This document shows positions 1 through 13,730 of a DNA stretch of 64,000 bases, one piece after another. The stretch lies in NCBI RefSeq assembly GCF_006345805.1, contig NC_043008.1:59148001-59212000 (forward strand), in the 5' to 3' direction. A program made the translations under genes and the position numbers. Below the pieces are notes generated by a model. It made no database searches and was not told where the DNA came from. It saw nothing but the letters and a program-made list of their open reading frames with translations. The stretch is from Octopus sinensis. Its lineage: Eukaryota. How positions within the stretch are numbered: position 1 is the first letter of the stretch; every line of letters starts with the position of its first letter.

Positions 1-110
1 AAATGCCGCTAACCATTTTTCCAGCTGTGCTAAAGATTCTAGCAGCTCGCCGCTTTTGAGCAAAAAAAAAAAAAATACACTGAAAACAAGATATTTATAT
101 AAAAGTTAGT

Positions 111-488
111 GCAATGGCCCAGTGTTTAGGGCAGCGGACTCGCGGTCATAGGATCGCGGTTTCGATTCCCAGACCAGGCGTTGTGAGTGTTTATTGAGCG
201 AAAACACCCAAAAGCTCCACGAGGGTCCGGCAGGGGATGGTGGTGATCCCTGCTGTACTCTTTCACCACAACTTTCTCTCACTCTTACTTCCTGTTTTTG
301 TTGTACCTGTATTTCAAAGAGCCGGCCTTGTCACTCTCTGTGTCACGCTGAATATCCCCGAGAACTACGTTAAGGGTGCACGTGTCTGTGGAGTGCTCAG
401 CCACTTACACGTTAATTTCACGAGCAGGCTGCTCCGTTGATTCGGATCAACCGGAACCCTCGTCGTCGTAACCGACGGAGTGCTTCCA
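111..488 (+). mobile_element. tRNA-derived SINE, octopus OK-like family (tail type A)
   Basis: tRNA-like head with A-box TGGCCCAGTG and B-box GGTTTCGATTCC; highly similar to the copy at 53113-53478; 11-bp TSD ATAAAAGTTAG at 99-109 and 488-498. Family name from recall. Confidence 0.9.
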
Positions 489-599
489 TAAAAGTTAGAT
501 ATCCACTTGCATTGATCAGGCTACTCCACTAACCTGATAACACCTGCCGTGTGCTTCTTTATGGTATTATTCGAGGTTAGAAATTCCAAAATCTTCCAT

Positions 600-1010
600 G
601 ATGAGTTTTTGTATGTTGGCCAAGTGAGGGTCCATGACTTGTGGGTCACTGAAATATAATACTTCTAAAACCTATCGGAGATTTGAACTGTTGATCGGCT
701 GTTTTTACGCTGTTTAAAATGCTATTGCATTTCCTTCTCTGTACTTTGTTTCTACATTCCTAGTGTACATTGCACAAGCGTTGGGATGTGAATATGATTT
801 TTTCTGGTTGGATACTAGTTCCATCTTTGATCATTTCAGAGAATCCCGTGTGATCTTAGGAGCATATTGCTTCCACCACATACAACGTTTGGTTTCTCTG
901 TTAACCTTCCTACACCCCTTGTGTTTCCGTAGTTTGCATGAAATATACCGTACATAATGTCCACCAATTTTTTTCCTACATATCGGGTTTCTTGCTTTTC
1001 GGTGTTCCTA
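600..1010 (-). pseudogene. Possible highly decayed non-LTR retrotransposon ORF2 fragment (EN-RT linker-like)
   Basis: Minus-strand fragments KNWWTLC and CRKVNRETKRCMWWKQYAPKIT resemble the Trp-rich linker of LINE ORF2; many stops and frameshifts. Confidence 0.3.
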
Positions 1011-2199
1011 CATAGTAATGCTTTAAGTTTTTCCTCAGTTCAGTTATAACATCCAGCTCATCAGCAGCCAGTCTTAAAGTCACCTGCAGTGGCCAAGAAA
1101 TCTGGATTAAATAAAAGTTAACTGAGTACTGAACACATACCCGCACACTGGATTCGTAGTGTAATTGTTGCTAACTTTTATATTGATGATAGGACATATG
1201 CACATGGCCTGTAGGATTTGTCTACTTGTAGCTTCCTTAGCAACGACCAAATTAGAGAGTGAGAGACCCCGTGTAAGGGTCTCTCCAGGTCAACGACGAT
1301 GGTGTCCTGATGAGGATGATGGTGTCCTGCCACAAAACTGAACTGCATCTCATATAGGCTAATTCTGGCCCTTAACTTTTTCCTTTGTTTTCTGGATCTG
1401 GTACAACAATTTTAATTCTCTATAATTACTCCTCACCAAGGTGTGTATATAACACCTGCCGTGTGTTTCTTTATAGTATTATTCTTGAATCTTATAGCAA
1501 TTGGCTATAATTCAAGTCGCGGGTCTGCGCTATAGGCAGATAACGTAAAGGCTATATGTCGATGTACAACAGCGCTCCACAAAAGTAAAACTAAAGTACT
1601 GATGGGCTGAAATAACAGCAAAATACCTCTGTCTACCGTATTCATTTATCTAAACGGTGATTTGTTTAGTCTGGTTTGGTGGTATACAGTATTTTTTTAA
1701 CACGCTATGTCTTAAAGGGACTTTCTCTGAACGAACTACCGCAGCATGTAATCATTTAAACAAAACACATACGTTAAGTATATCTCATCATTAATATTTA
1801 CAGTATTAGAACTGCTTCTAACTCAAAGCCTAAACTAATATTTAGCCTCTTCTTAACGAAGCTTAGCACACTGTGATATTAATTCATGTAGATTTATTCT
1901 CTTAGATATACTGTCAAAACATATATATCACGCATATTTTTCGCCGTTTCCTTTATTCTGAAGGATATTGTTTATTTTACGCAAGCCACATTACACGATG
2001 CTAATGTAAATTAAATATGTATGATTATAAAGGCCCTTTTACCTCTGATAATTGTATGTAACATATGAAATATTGAATATTTACCTACAATCTGATACGA
2101 TATATATATTTTAATATCAGTCACATGAATTATGCTATACCCGATATATTTAGAAGCTTAAATGTACATATATTTTAATTAATTTTCTTCCCTTTCTCT

Positions 2200-2400
2200 C
2201 TTTCCCTCTCTCTCTCTCTATCTCTATCTCTCTATATATATATATATATATATATAGATATATATATATATACATATATATATACATATATATACATATA
2301 TATATACATTATATATAGATATTACATAAATATATATATATATACATATATATACATTATCTATATATAATATATATACACACACACACCACCATATATA
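2200..2400. repeat. (CT)n/(TA)n microsatellite mosaic
   Basis: Direct reading. Confidence 0.95.
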
Positions 2401-3300
2401 TATCCAGATATTACACTATTCTGACGTTAATATTATTATGCCAATAAAACGTAACATCTAATATGTTGCTAGAATCAATTCATTTTCTAATTCAATATCA
2501 CATCTTAACGAAGTAATACATTTCGTAACGTTAATTCACATTTACATTTAGTTTCGATTGTTTTACACTAAAAAAAGATAACACGGTATGAAAACAGAGA
2601 TAAATTGGGAGAAAGAGAGAGAGAAATGGTGAGGAAGAGACGGAGTGGTTGAGAGACGGTTAGAGACAGAGACAGATAACAGCGAGAGCGATAATCAAGC
2701 GGAGAGGTAAATAACGGAAAATGAGATTTTCGTCATGGATTCATTATCAAATGCATTTATACACTTCTCCCTAACATTCAGCGAAGAGAAAACCGTTTAT
2801 AACTGAAGTTGTGGCACATCCTTCTTACATTGCTATTGACGGTTCCACGCGAAACAGGATATGCCCTAAACATCTCATTCATGGATTTTAAATGACCTTG
2901 TCAAAACATTTAGTGATGGAAGTTCAAAGACGCAAATTTTCTTGTTATATATATATGCCGACACCTAGCGTCCAACAGTCTCATATTTCAGGAACATATC
3001 TTAATTGCAGTTCAGAGTCATAGATTTTGTACAGAATCACTGTGGACGTGGTTCGTATCGAAAATTGTAAACATAACATAAATGAATTGTGCTTAACTAA
3101 CCGATTACGATACAAATTCGATCATGTATATGCATGCATGTGTCTGTGTGTGTATGTATGCATGCATGCATGCTTGTATGAATGTATATGTGTGTGTGTC
3201 TATGTATTTTACATATTTATATATGTATGAATATGTATATGCATGAGCTATATTGCATTGCGTAATTTTTCCAAACGTCAATAAAAATAATTAACTATAG

Positions 3301-3712
3301 GTGTAGGAGTGGCTGTGTGGTAAGTAGCTTGCTTACGAACCGCACGGTTCCGGGTTCAGTCCCACTGCGTGGCACTTTGGGCAAGTGTCTTCTACTATAG
3401 TCTCGGGCCAATCAAAGCCATATGAGTGGATTTGGTAGACGGAAACTGAAAGAAGCCTGTCGCATATATGTATATTTATATATATATGTATGTGTGGGTA
3501 TATATGTTTGTGTGTATGTTTGTCCCCCCCCAAATCACGTGACAACCGATGCTGGTGTGTTTACGTCCCCGTAACGTAGCGGTTCGGCAAAAGCGACCGA
3601 TAGAATAAGTGCTAGGTTTACAAAGAATAAGTCCTGGAGCCAATTTGCTTAACTAAAGGCAGTGCTCCAGCATGACCACAGTCAAATGACTGAAACAAGT
3701 AAAAGAGTAAAG
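3301..3712 (+). mobile_element. tRNA-derived CORE-type SINE (octopus OR-like, family 1), full length
   Basis: Head GTAGGAGTGGCTGTGTGGTAAG...GGTTCAGTCC, CORE-like GGCACTTTGGGCAAGTGTC, internal TA/TG tract, tail CCAGCATGACCACAGTCAAATGACTGAAACAAGTAAAAGAG; more than 10 copies in the window. Confidence 0.9.
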
Positions 3713-3762
3713 GAGATATCTATATATCCATGTGTGTATGCGTGTGTATATATACGCATATA

Positions 3763-4400
3763 TAGTGTGTTCGGACTAAGACTGAATAAAAATGTTTTAA
3801 AATTTAAAAATGTATCAACTAGATTTTGGCTGGACGGTAACAATTTATTCAAAGTAGCCGCCCACAGTTTCTACCACTGCCTGAACACGGTTCCGGGACC
3901 TGCCGCATGCTTTTCAAAATGTGTCCCCCCTGGGAAGGTCTTCCAACACCTTGAGTTTGGCCACCAGCTCGGCCTTAGTGTTGCAAGCAGAACATAGTGA
4001 TAAGTAGAATTATAATCGCAGAATTAGGAGGCCAGAAATTTAGGCTGATGAAGTCGTAGAAATTCTGATAACCATTTCTGTCTATTTTCGGAAGTATTGT
4101 AACGGATATAGCCTTCCAGCAACAACTCTCTCCATCACACAAGGCCTTGTTCAAAGATGTGGGAATAAAGTCTGGCGTGCGGACGCAGTCAGAACGCTTG
4201 CTATGTCCTTTCCTGCTGGTAACAGATTCTTAATCTGCGCTGCAGGTGTCCACGTCACGTCCTACATCCTTTACAAAGTTGACGGACCATTGAACAGTAG
4301 TCATGATGTCGGAAATTAGATATTCACCGTAATTCTTCATAATACAGGTATCTCTTTTCCAATATTCAGATGAATTCCATTTCTCATGGCAGCTAACTTT
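3763..4400 (-). mobile_element. Internally deleted Tc1/mariner (maT/DD37D-like) transposon remnant
   Basis: Minus strand gives an N-terminal piece KGHSKRSDCVRTPDFI joined to MERVVAGR..., then FYDFISLNFWPPNS and CSACNTKAELVAKLKVLEDLPR; most of the catalytic core is missing. Confidence 0.75.
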
Positions 4401-5514
4401 TTCTCGCAGAACTATGTGTCCTTATACACAAATGCATAATCGACCCTCAAACCAAGAAATTCACATTCCTATACAGAATAACACAGAGACTACAATCTAG
4501 CAAGATCTACGTATTACAATAGCTGCTTTTACCGATGAACACAACCAACAAACCACAAATCCAAGACAAAATATATTGTTTGTACCGTCGTTGTCTTTTA
4601 ACTCCAGGTCAAACATAGATAAATCATTTTATTATTAATGGTAAGCACTTTCCCACAAACATACAGAAAATGCTCCGTCGATGTTATTCACTGGTATTCT
4701 TAATATTAGCCTCATCTGTAACCGGTTTTCAAGTTATATAAGCATTAACACCAAGAATAGCGTCGAGGCCCCTCACAACTCACAACCACATGGCCACTAA
4801 ACACGTCCTACAAGTTCAAACAGTTGTGTAAAAAACTATAAAGGTATATAGGCATAACGCAAGGGAACATTCGAAAAAGATGTTACAACCATAGTTGTAG
4901 GCTCAAACATGCTAAAACTAAAAAACACAAAAATGTCAAGCTTCAACATGAAGTAGTTAATACAAAAATAGAGTATGTTCAATATAAATATAGGGATTAA
5001 CAATATAACGGCAAGACAGTTGTGAAGAGTTTCATTATTTGGGTGAACACACATTAAGATCAATGTATGAGACGAGATATTTTCGAGAAATGTAAATGTT
5101 GCGTAAGTATGTTGCAACAGTAATAGATGTCATTACAACGAACATACGATCAGAGATAACAACATGCCGTATCACAGAGCAAACCGATCTAAAAAGACGA
5201 ATCACAACCCCAGAGAATTGAAATTTCATCTTATTTTTTCCACTTCTTCAATTTTTTTAACTTTCACTTTCACTTTGCATTCTATCATTGCATTCTTTGT
5301 TATCCGCCGCTCGGCCTTTATCTCCCACCTCAATCTTGTCAAACAAACACAGACCCACGAGCACAATTCATTCTCATGAAAATGCAGATTTAGTCCCTGA
5401 TTTTGGTTTTACATCCTAGTTAATTTATTTGTTCATTCGTAAGTTTACATCTTGCCAATTTGCTATTCATACACTTATGCGTTTAGCATTACTGAATATG
5501 GGAATAAGTATAAA

Positions 5515-5913
<399 letters not shown>

Positions 5914-6063
5914 AGCAAAAACTGTCCGATGAACGGCAACGGGAAACTCAGAGTAACAGGCTTTGTTGAATTTTCTGCTGCTTTAAATAAAGCATATTAC
6001 TCTACCACTGGTATTTGAGTACTCTTTTTTCCACCTTGTTTCACATTTATGTGTTTACTCCGG

Positions 6064-6094
<31 letters not shown>

Positions 6095-6194
6095 ATAATA
6101 TATATATAATATATATATATATATGATATATATATGATATATATTATATATATATATATACTTATACATATACTACTAATATAGGAAAAAATAA

Positions 6195-6357
6195 TAATTA
6201 CCTGTAAGTTTTTCCCAGCCTAGCCACTCAATATGATCGTAAATTTAAATATTATTTCCTTCATATATATATATATATATATAGGAAGGGGATAAGACCG
6301 TTATTTAAATTAACGATCATATCGAGTGGCCAGCTTGGAAAAACTTACAGGTAATTA
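6195..6357. repeat. Inverted repeat (~55-bp arms) around an (AT)n centre
   Basis: 6195-6250 TAATTACCTGTAAGTTTTTCCCAGCC...AATTTAAAT is the reverse complement of 6303-6357 with a few mismatches. Confidence 0.85.
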
Positions 6358-6499
6358 CTTATACGTAATTATTATTATTAAAATTATAATTAACTTTTTG
6401 CTAGTTTATTTGTTCATTTATCTTTTCACCTGTGCTGTATGAATATGATGTGGTTTGAGAGTCGGGCTTTGACTGCTATATCTAGCAAGATGTTATCTC

Positions 6500-6946
<447 letters not shown>

Positions 6947-7344
6947 GTGCGTGCATGTGTTCTATGTGCGTGTGTACTTGTGAATTTGCATGTAAATTTC
7001 TTCATTGGTTTGTTGAAAATATACATAAAACCCATTACAGAGACGTTGTAAGAGATTTTTTCACGTCATATGTCAGTACCAACTGTGACTGAATGTTTTT
7101 TTTATAGCTTATTAATGTATTACTTTCGCGTGGAACTTTCTAACAAGAAAATACTTTGCGCAACATTTTCCATTTTTAATTTGAAATAGAGGAATAAAAA
7201 AAATTCTAATAAAATTTTATTTTAAAGTTACAGAAATACAGAGGATGTTGTTTCTGAAATTTCTTGCATGATACTCACACAATTGCAATTTCATTCTTCT
7301 CCCTTCTTTGCTTCTTTGTTTCATTCTTTCTTTCCTTCTTTCTG

Positions 7345-7393
<49 letters not shown>

Positions 7394-7461
7394 GTTTATA
7401 CACGTTCTCACTCTTACTCTATTAGGGTGTACAAGCACGCATACGTTTTTCGTTCAGTCAC

Positions 7462-7625
7462 TAGAGTACGCCCGGCTGTGTGGTAAGTACCTAGCTTAAC
7501 AACCACGTGGCTCTGGGTTCAGTCCTACTGCGTGCTTCTTTGGGCAAGCGTCTACTACTATAGCCTCGGGCTTACCAAAGCCTTGTGAGTGAACTGAGAC
7601 AAGAACTGAAAGAAGCCCGTCGTAT
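7462..7625 (+). mobile_element. CORE-type SINE (family 1), 5' half
   Basis: Matches the head and CORE of 3301-3470. Confidence 0.8.
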
Positions 7626-7626
7626 G

Positions 7627-7696
<70 letters not shown>

Positions 7697-7770
7697 TATT
7701 TCGTTTTGGGATTTGGTTTGCAAGATTCTTTATATGAGTTCGAGTGTTGAAGCGTATTTTGGGGAGAGTC

Positions 7771-7815
<45 letters not shown>

Positions 7816-8078
7816 TACATATTGTTTGGTTACAGGTGCCATTGTAAGATATGTTTTCATGTATAGATATGCAACTATATGCATGAGAATACATACATAA
7901 AACAAAGCATACAAATTTGAAAATATACATACATACATACATGCAACATTTGCACTAAAACCTAGGAAGAATCAGTGTAAAAGAAACTGACGTGGATTCT
8001 TCAAATCTAAGCGATTACTAAGTCTCTTATGAGAATGTAGATGCATACACTTGGGTGTATGCTTTGATAGATAGATAT

Positions 8079-8185
<107 letters not shown>

Positions 8186-8204
8186 TTTGTATGTCTTCGT
8201 GTTT

Positions 8205-8405
8205 ATATTATGTTTGTCCCCACCATCGCTCGACAACCGGTGTTTGTTTAGTCACATTTCCCGAACCAGCGGTGCGGTTCGGCAAAATACTCCGACAAAA
8301 TATGTACTAGACTTAAAGGAAATATTTACTAGGGTCGGTTTATTTAACTAGACACTTCAAGGTTGTTCCCAGCAGGATCACTGTCCCATTACTGAAACAA
8401 GTAAA
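8205..8405 (+). mobile_element. CORE-type SINE (family 1), diverged 3' half
   Basis: TGTTTGTCCCCACCATCGCTCGACAACCG...GAAACAAGTAAA matches the family tail. Confidence 0.7.
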
Positions 8406-8434
8406 TGTATATATATATACGTTAGTAGGTATAC

Positions 8435-8832
8435 TCTTTTACTCTTTTACTTGACTGCGGCCATGCTGGAGCACCGCCTTTAGTCGAGCAAATCAACCCC
8501 GGGACTTATTCTTTGTAAGCCCAGTACTTATTCTATCGGTCTCTTTTGCTGAACCGCTAAGTGACGGGGACGTAAACACACCAGCATCGGTTGTCAAGCA
8601 ATGGTGGGGGGACAAACACAGACACACAAACATATACACACACATACATATATATATATATACATATATACGACAGGCTTCTTTCAGTTTCCGTCTACCA
8701 AATCCACTCACAAGGCATTGGTCGGCCCGAGGCTATAGCAGAAGACCCTTGCCCAAGATGCCACGCAGTGGGACTGAACCCGGAACCATGTGGTTGGTAA
8801 GCAAGTTACTTACCACACAGCCACTCCTGCGA
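8435..8832 (-). mobile_element. CORE-type SINE (family 1), full length
   Basis: Reverse complement of the 3301 and 33661 elements. Confidence 0.9.
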
Positions 8833-8836
8833 GGTA

Positions 8837-9030
8837 TGTACGAGGGTGTGCTGAAAATTTCCCGGCTTTCGGTAAAAGAAAATACAGGATTAGATAATTA
8901 TGAATTTTTTTTATTCAACATACACCCCTCTAATATTCATACACTTATTGCAGCGGTGCCCTTTAGTTTTTTTCTAAGATCTGCAAAAAAACCCGGAAGG
9001 TTGGACCACCAGCCAGGCCTTTCGCGATAG
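8837..9030. mobile_element. Mariner terminal fragment (TIR plus subterminal sequence)
   Basis: TACGAGGGTGTGCTGAAAA TIR-like start beginning with TA; subterminal TTATTCAACATA...TTATTGCAGCGG typical of mariner ends. Confidence 0.55.
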
Positions 9031-9751
9031 CCTTAAATCCGGTGACCCTTTCGTAGGTAAGTATGTTTCTATACGTATCTTACCCATTAACATTTTAGTT
9101 ACATTGTAATATAAGTGTTCGCCGCATGAAATCATTTTGATCTTCATATATATACGAACGCTATTTGAATCAGTCTATCGCTTTCTTGACCTAAAGGATT
9201 GTAGTAAGTTTGTAATGAGAATCACTTGAAGCTTTTGCAAGCGTAAAACTGAAAGTTAATGTTAGCTACTATTATCTAACCTCTCCCCGAAGGTTTTCAA
9301 AGATCGATAAACTACAATTCCTGTTCGTTTCATAACTCTATGAATTTCAATGCCAGGAGAAGCAATAGGAATATTTTAAATGGACCAATGCATTCTTTAC
9401 GTTCTGAAAGCAGGAATTCTTATTCCATTTGTTTTGCTTTAACTCTCACAATTCTCCTTCTTTTCTATGTATCCCTATTTCCTTGCCTCTTAGGGCATGT
9501 GGTCAGCATGTTTTTCATATTTTCTTTTCCTCAAAACTATCGTAAAATCGCTATAAGGAAGAATTTCCTAATGTTCTGTATTGAGAAGCATTAGAAAATG
9601 TATTTCCGATACGCATCTATCTATTCAACTATTTGTATGCAAATATATCAACAAATATTTGTGTGAGTCGTTATATCTGCATTTGTAATTATATACATGT
9701 GTGTTTGTGTGTGTGTATGTGTGTGTATGAGTGACGTGTGATGTATATAGA

Positions 9752-9910
9752 TACATGGTTGTGTGGTAAGGAGCTTGCTTCCAAACCACATGGTTCTGAG
9801 GTCAGTCCTACTGCATGGCACTTTGAGCAAGTGTCTTCTACTAAAGCCTCGGGTCGGCCAAATCTACGTGAGTGGATTTGGTAGAGGGAAACTGAAAGAA
9901 GTCTGTCCTA
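9752..9910 (+). mobile_element. CORE-type SINE (family 1), 5' half
   Basis: Head and CORE match other copies. Confidence 0.8.
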
Positions 9911-9974
9911 TGTGTGTGTATGTGTGTGTGTGTGCGTGTGTGTTTTTATACCTGTGCTTCTCCCTACCACCATA

Positions 9975-10022
<48 letters not shown>

Positions 10023-10024
10023 CG

Positions 10025-10225
10025 TTTTATTCTCTTTTCAGTCATTTGACTGTGCCCAGGCTGGGGCACTGCATTGAAGGGTTTTAATCGAACGATTCTG
10101 CCTTAGTATTTATTTGTTTAAGCCTGGCACTTATTCTGTCGCTCTCTTTCTCTCTCTTGCTGAACCACTATGTTAAAAGGTTGTAAACACACCAACACTG
10201 GTTGTCAAACGGTTGTGGGGCGAGC
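10025..10225 (-). mobile_element. CORE-type SINE (family 1), 3' half
   Basis: CAGTCATTTGACTG...CACCAACACTGGTTGTCAA is the reverse complement of the tail. Confidence 0.75.
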
Positions 10226-10228
10226 GAG

Positions 10229-10269
<41 letters not shown>

Positions 10270-10486
10270 GTATTTGTGTATGTATGTATATAATAATTGT
10301 TAGATAGATAAATACATCTATATATGTGATCGTGTTTTTCATATGTGTGTGTTTGTGTGTGTGTATGTGTGTGTGTGTGAATGTGTGTGTGTTTGTGTGT
10401 GTATGAGTGTGTGTGTGTGTGAGTGTGTGTTTGTGTGTGTGAAAAAATATATATGTCTGCAGTTTTCTTTTCATTGCACGCTGACA

Positions 10487-11580
10487 AAAGTTGCTCCGAC
10501 TTACGCTAATCTAATCATGGCTTACATGGAGGTCTAGTTATATGAACTCTCAAAATCAAAATATGGCTTGAACTTTCACAAATATCTACTAACTGGAAAC
10601 GTTACCTAAATGGCTGCCTAATTCTATGGACGCATACATTTGAACAACTTACAGATTTCAAAAACCTCTAACATCAGCATAAACAATGATATAAGCTTCA
10701 CCATGGAATACAATAAAACTTAACTACCAATCCCGGATATCATCAAAAGAGATAAAAACATTGAAACAGAAATTCACTACAAACAAACAGATTCTAAACA
10801 ATACTTATTGTTTTCCGCATGCATTCTGAAACATACGAAGAATAATATTCTCTTTACTCTAGCAATTCTGCACAATTGTCTCAAACTCTGAAATTCGTAA
10901 AACAAATACTGCTTACAAGACAATATCCATTAAAGTTGACAACGGAATAGAAAATGTGAAAGCAATAAATATCCAAGAACTACGAAAAATGAAAAATGCA
11001 TCAGATACATCCAATAATCTAACCTTTATTACAATACACAACCCAAGAAATACAATACTATCCACCAAAACATCCCACTACTAAGACAACACCCAAGAAT
11101 GAAACAAACATTCGAAATACACAAAATAGTCAAGATTAAAAGACAATCACTGTCTCTCAAAATATTCTTCACAAGTGCTTAATTACCTTCCACAAATCCT
11201 ACACCAACAATTAAATAGTGTGACCGTCCCAATTGTGGGACTTGCATCAATCTTATTGAAGACACAATAAACAAATTCAAATCAGGACAGATATTTACCG
11301 TAAAGAATTACTTTGCATGTTCTTCAAGGAATTTAATATACGCTATCAAATGTCAAGGATGTAATGAAGATTACATAGGTCAAACTAAGCTTACACTAAG
11401 ATATAGACTGACCATTCACCGACAACAAATACGAGACCCCAGTACTAGACAGATTCCGCTGAGTGGACACAGGCATATGAGCAAAACAATAATTCTCCCG
11501 AAATCCAGGTCTTCCCACTCTACTTGTGTTCAGTGAACACCACAGATAAAGCACGAATAAACAAATAACTATCCGCACAC
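10487..11580 (+). pseudogene. Penelope-like element: RT C-terminus and GIY-YIG endonuclease, frameshifted
   Basis: APTYANLIMAYMEV (PLE RT motif), WKRYL, HYKQTDSKQYLLFS, CDRPNCGTC, and CSSRNLIYAIKCQGCNEDYIGQTKLTLRYRLTIHRQQI (GIY-YIG of Penelope type); multiple stops. Confidence 0.9.
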
Positions 11581-11780
11581 AACAAAAGTAACCTACACAG
11601 CAAACAACTTGTGGTTGTGGTGACGATAGTGATGGTGATACTGATGGTGCTGGTAGTGGATCCCTGTTGTTCGGAAATGTGGTTTCATTTACTCGACCAA
11701 CTGCTTCCGATTTAACTGATTATTTGTGGGGACTTTCACAGAAACGGATACCGTTTAATGTAATTCGTAAGATAATTACC

Positions 11781-12028
11781 TATTTCTTTATTACCCACAA
11801 GGGGCTAAACACAGAGGGGACAAACAAGGACAGACAAACGAATTAAGTCGATTACATTGACCCCAGTGCGTAACTGGTACTTAATTTATCTACCCCGAAA
11901 GGATGAAAGGCAAAGTCGACCTCGGCGGAATTTGAACTCAGAACGTAACGGCAGACGAAATACCGCTAAGCATTTCGCCCGGCTTGCTAACGTTTCTGCC
12001 AGCTCGCCGACTTTACCAGTTCGCCGCC
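11781..12028 (-). mobile_element. tRNA-derived SINE (octopus OR-like, family 2)
   Basis: Reverse complement of GGCGGCGAGCTGGCAGAAACGTTAG...GAGTTCAAATTCC; perfect 17-bp TSD TTCGTAAGATAATTACC at 11764-11780 and 12029-12045. Confidence 0.92.
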
Positions 12029-12256
12029 TTCGTAAGATAATTACCGTAATGCAAAGTTTGACAAGGATGCATCATTTGAATTAAGGGTACAATCAACCCG
12101 ATGGCCTACACAGTGTTGTTTTACATTATTTCATCCGTAAGCCATGGGTTGCATTGGAGCTATGGAAAATGACGTTTATCCAATATGCAATGCAATAGAC
12201 TCGAACTCGTAATCTCGGGCTTGCGAAACGAATTAAACTCCTGGGCTATATGGCGC

Positions 12257-12287
<31 letters not shown>

Positions 12288-12768
12288 CATACATACATAC
12301 ATACATACATACATACTTACATATATACATGGATTTGGTAGACGGAAACTGAAAGAAGCCTGTCGTATATACATACATATATAGAAAAATTATTAGATTG
12401 TGCAATACATTAGTATTGCTTCCCAGTAAAACAAAGCCCCATCAAGTTAAAGTATAAATATGTAAGTATAAATGTGTGTGTGTTTGCGTGATTGTCTCTA
12501 CGTAAGTCTGTATAACACGTGCTTTTCTCCGGACAATTCCGTTGTTTCCTCTTTTTCACATTCTCTGCACCTCTTACACTAACCGACGGTGGGGCATGCT
12601 AGAGACGCCATTTCTACTCTTATCTATCCATCTAAAGCCATCACTGAGCTTAAATCTAATGCATTCACTGCGTGTGACCAATTAACTTTTGTCTTTACTG
12701 TTTTATTGTTCATGTTTTGCCTACACACACACTCACACACACACACACACCCCACTACATATATATAT

Positions 12769-12822
<54 letters not shown>

Positions 12823-12880
12823 TATAGATATAATATATACATGCATATACATATATGTACATATGCATATATATATATAG

Positions 12881-12931
<51 letters not shown>

Positions 12932-13571
12932 GAGATAGAGGGAGAGAGAGAAGAAGAGACCAGACAGACAGACAGAAGGAGAAAGAGAGAGGCAGAAACC
13001 CGGATATCCGATACCATACATGATAATTTCCTGATTTACTAAAATAATTTCCGCCTCTAAAGGATGTTACTTAATTACCAAATGGCAATTACAACAAGCT
13101 CTACATGAGAAGCGGAAACAATCTGCAGAATCAAGAATTTTCTAAAGTTGACATATTAAAGAAGAGGTCATGTTTATTGTCTAGAGACAAGACAATGATT
13201 GCCTAGTCGCGTTTCTCATTCAACAGCCGTCATTAGCACAGCAGTTTTTCTTATCTCAAGAGAAGTCAAGGGACTAAGCCTTATATAAAAGAGAGTAGGA
13301 CACAGTTATGGTCTAAAGAAGTTGTCCAATTTAAACTATAGTGTACCAGGAGAAATAGTTCAGAATGACACGTGACATGTATTTGATCATATAACAAATA
13401 GAGGTATATCAAATACAGTACAATATAAAATCTTGACTTAGAGCATTATCTCCCAGATGGCAATAAAGACCAGTTCCATATCATAAGGGAAAATAATATC
13501 TGTGGGTGCATATTTCCAGCTTATTTCTCTGGATTATTTCTCTTAACTAATTATATCTATCTAATTATGTC

Positions 13572-13603
<32 letters not shown>

Positions 13604-13630
13604 TGTATTATGTATGTATGTATGTATGTA

Positions 13631-13730
13631 NNNNNNNNNNNNNNNNNNNNNNNNNNNNNNNNNNNNNNNNNNNNNNNNNNNNNNNNNNNNNNNNNNNNNN
13701 NNNNNNNNNNNNNNNNNNNNNNNNNNNNNN
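13631..13730. other. Assembly gap (100 N)
   Basis: Run of n, preceded by (TATG)n. Confidence 1.

Noticed and set aside
111-185. tRNA-like sequences (also 53113, 16732, 59481)
   Set aside because: A/B boxes are present but continue into SINE bodies with TSDs; these are SINE heads, not tRNA genes.
1300-1345. CTGATGA-GGA...TCC as a hammerhead
   Set aside because: No GAAA after the hairpin; explained by an 18-bp tandem duplication (GATGGTGTCCTG).
4040-4075. CTGATGA...GAAA as a hammerhead
   Set aside because: No stems I-III; lies inside transposase coding sequence.
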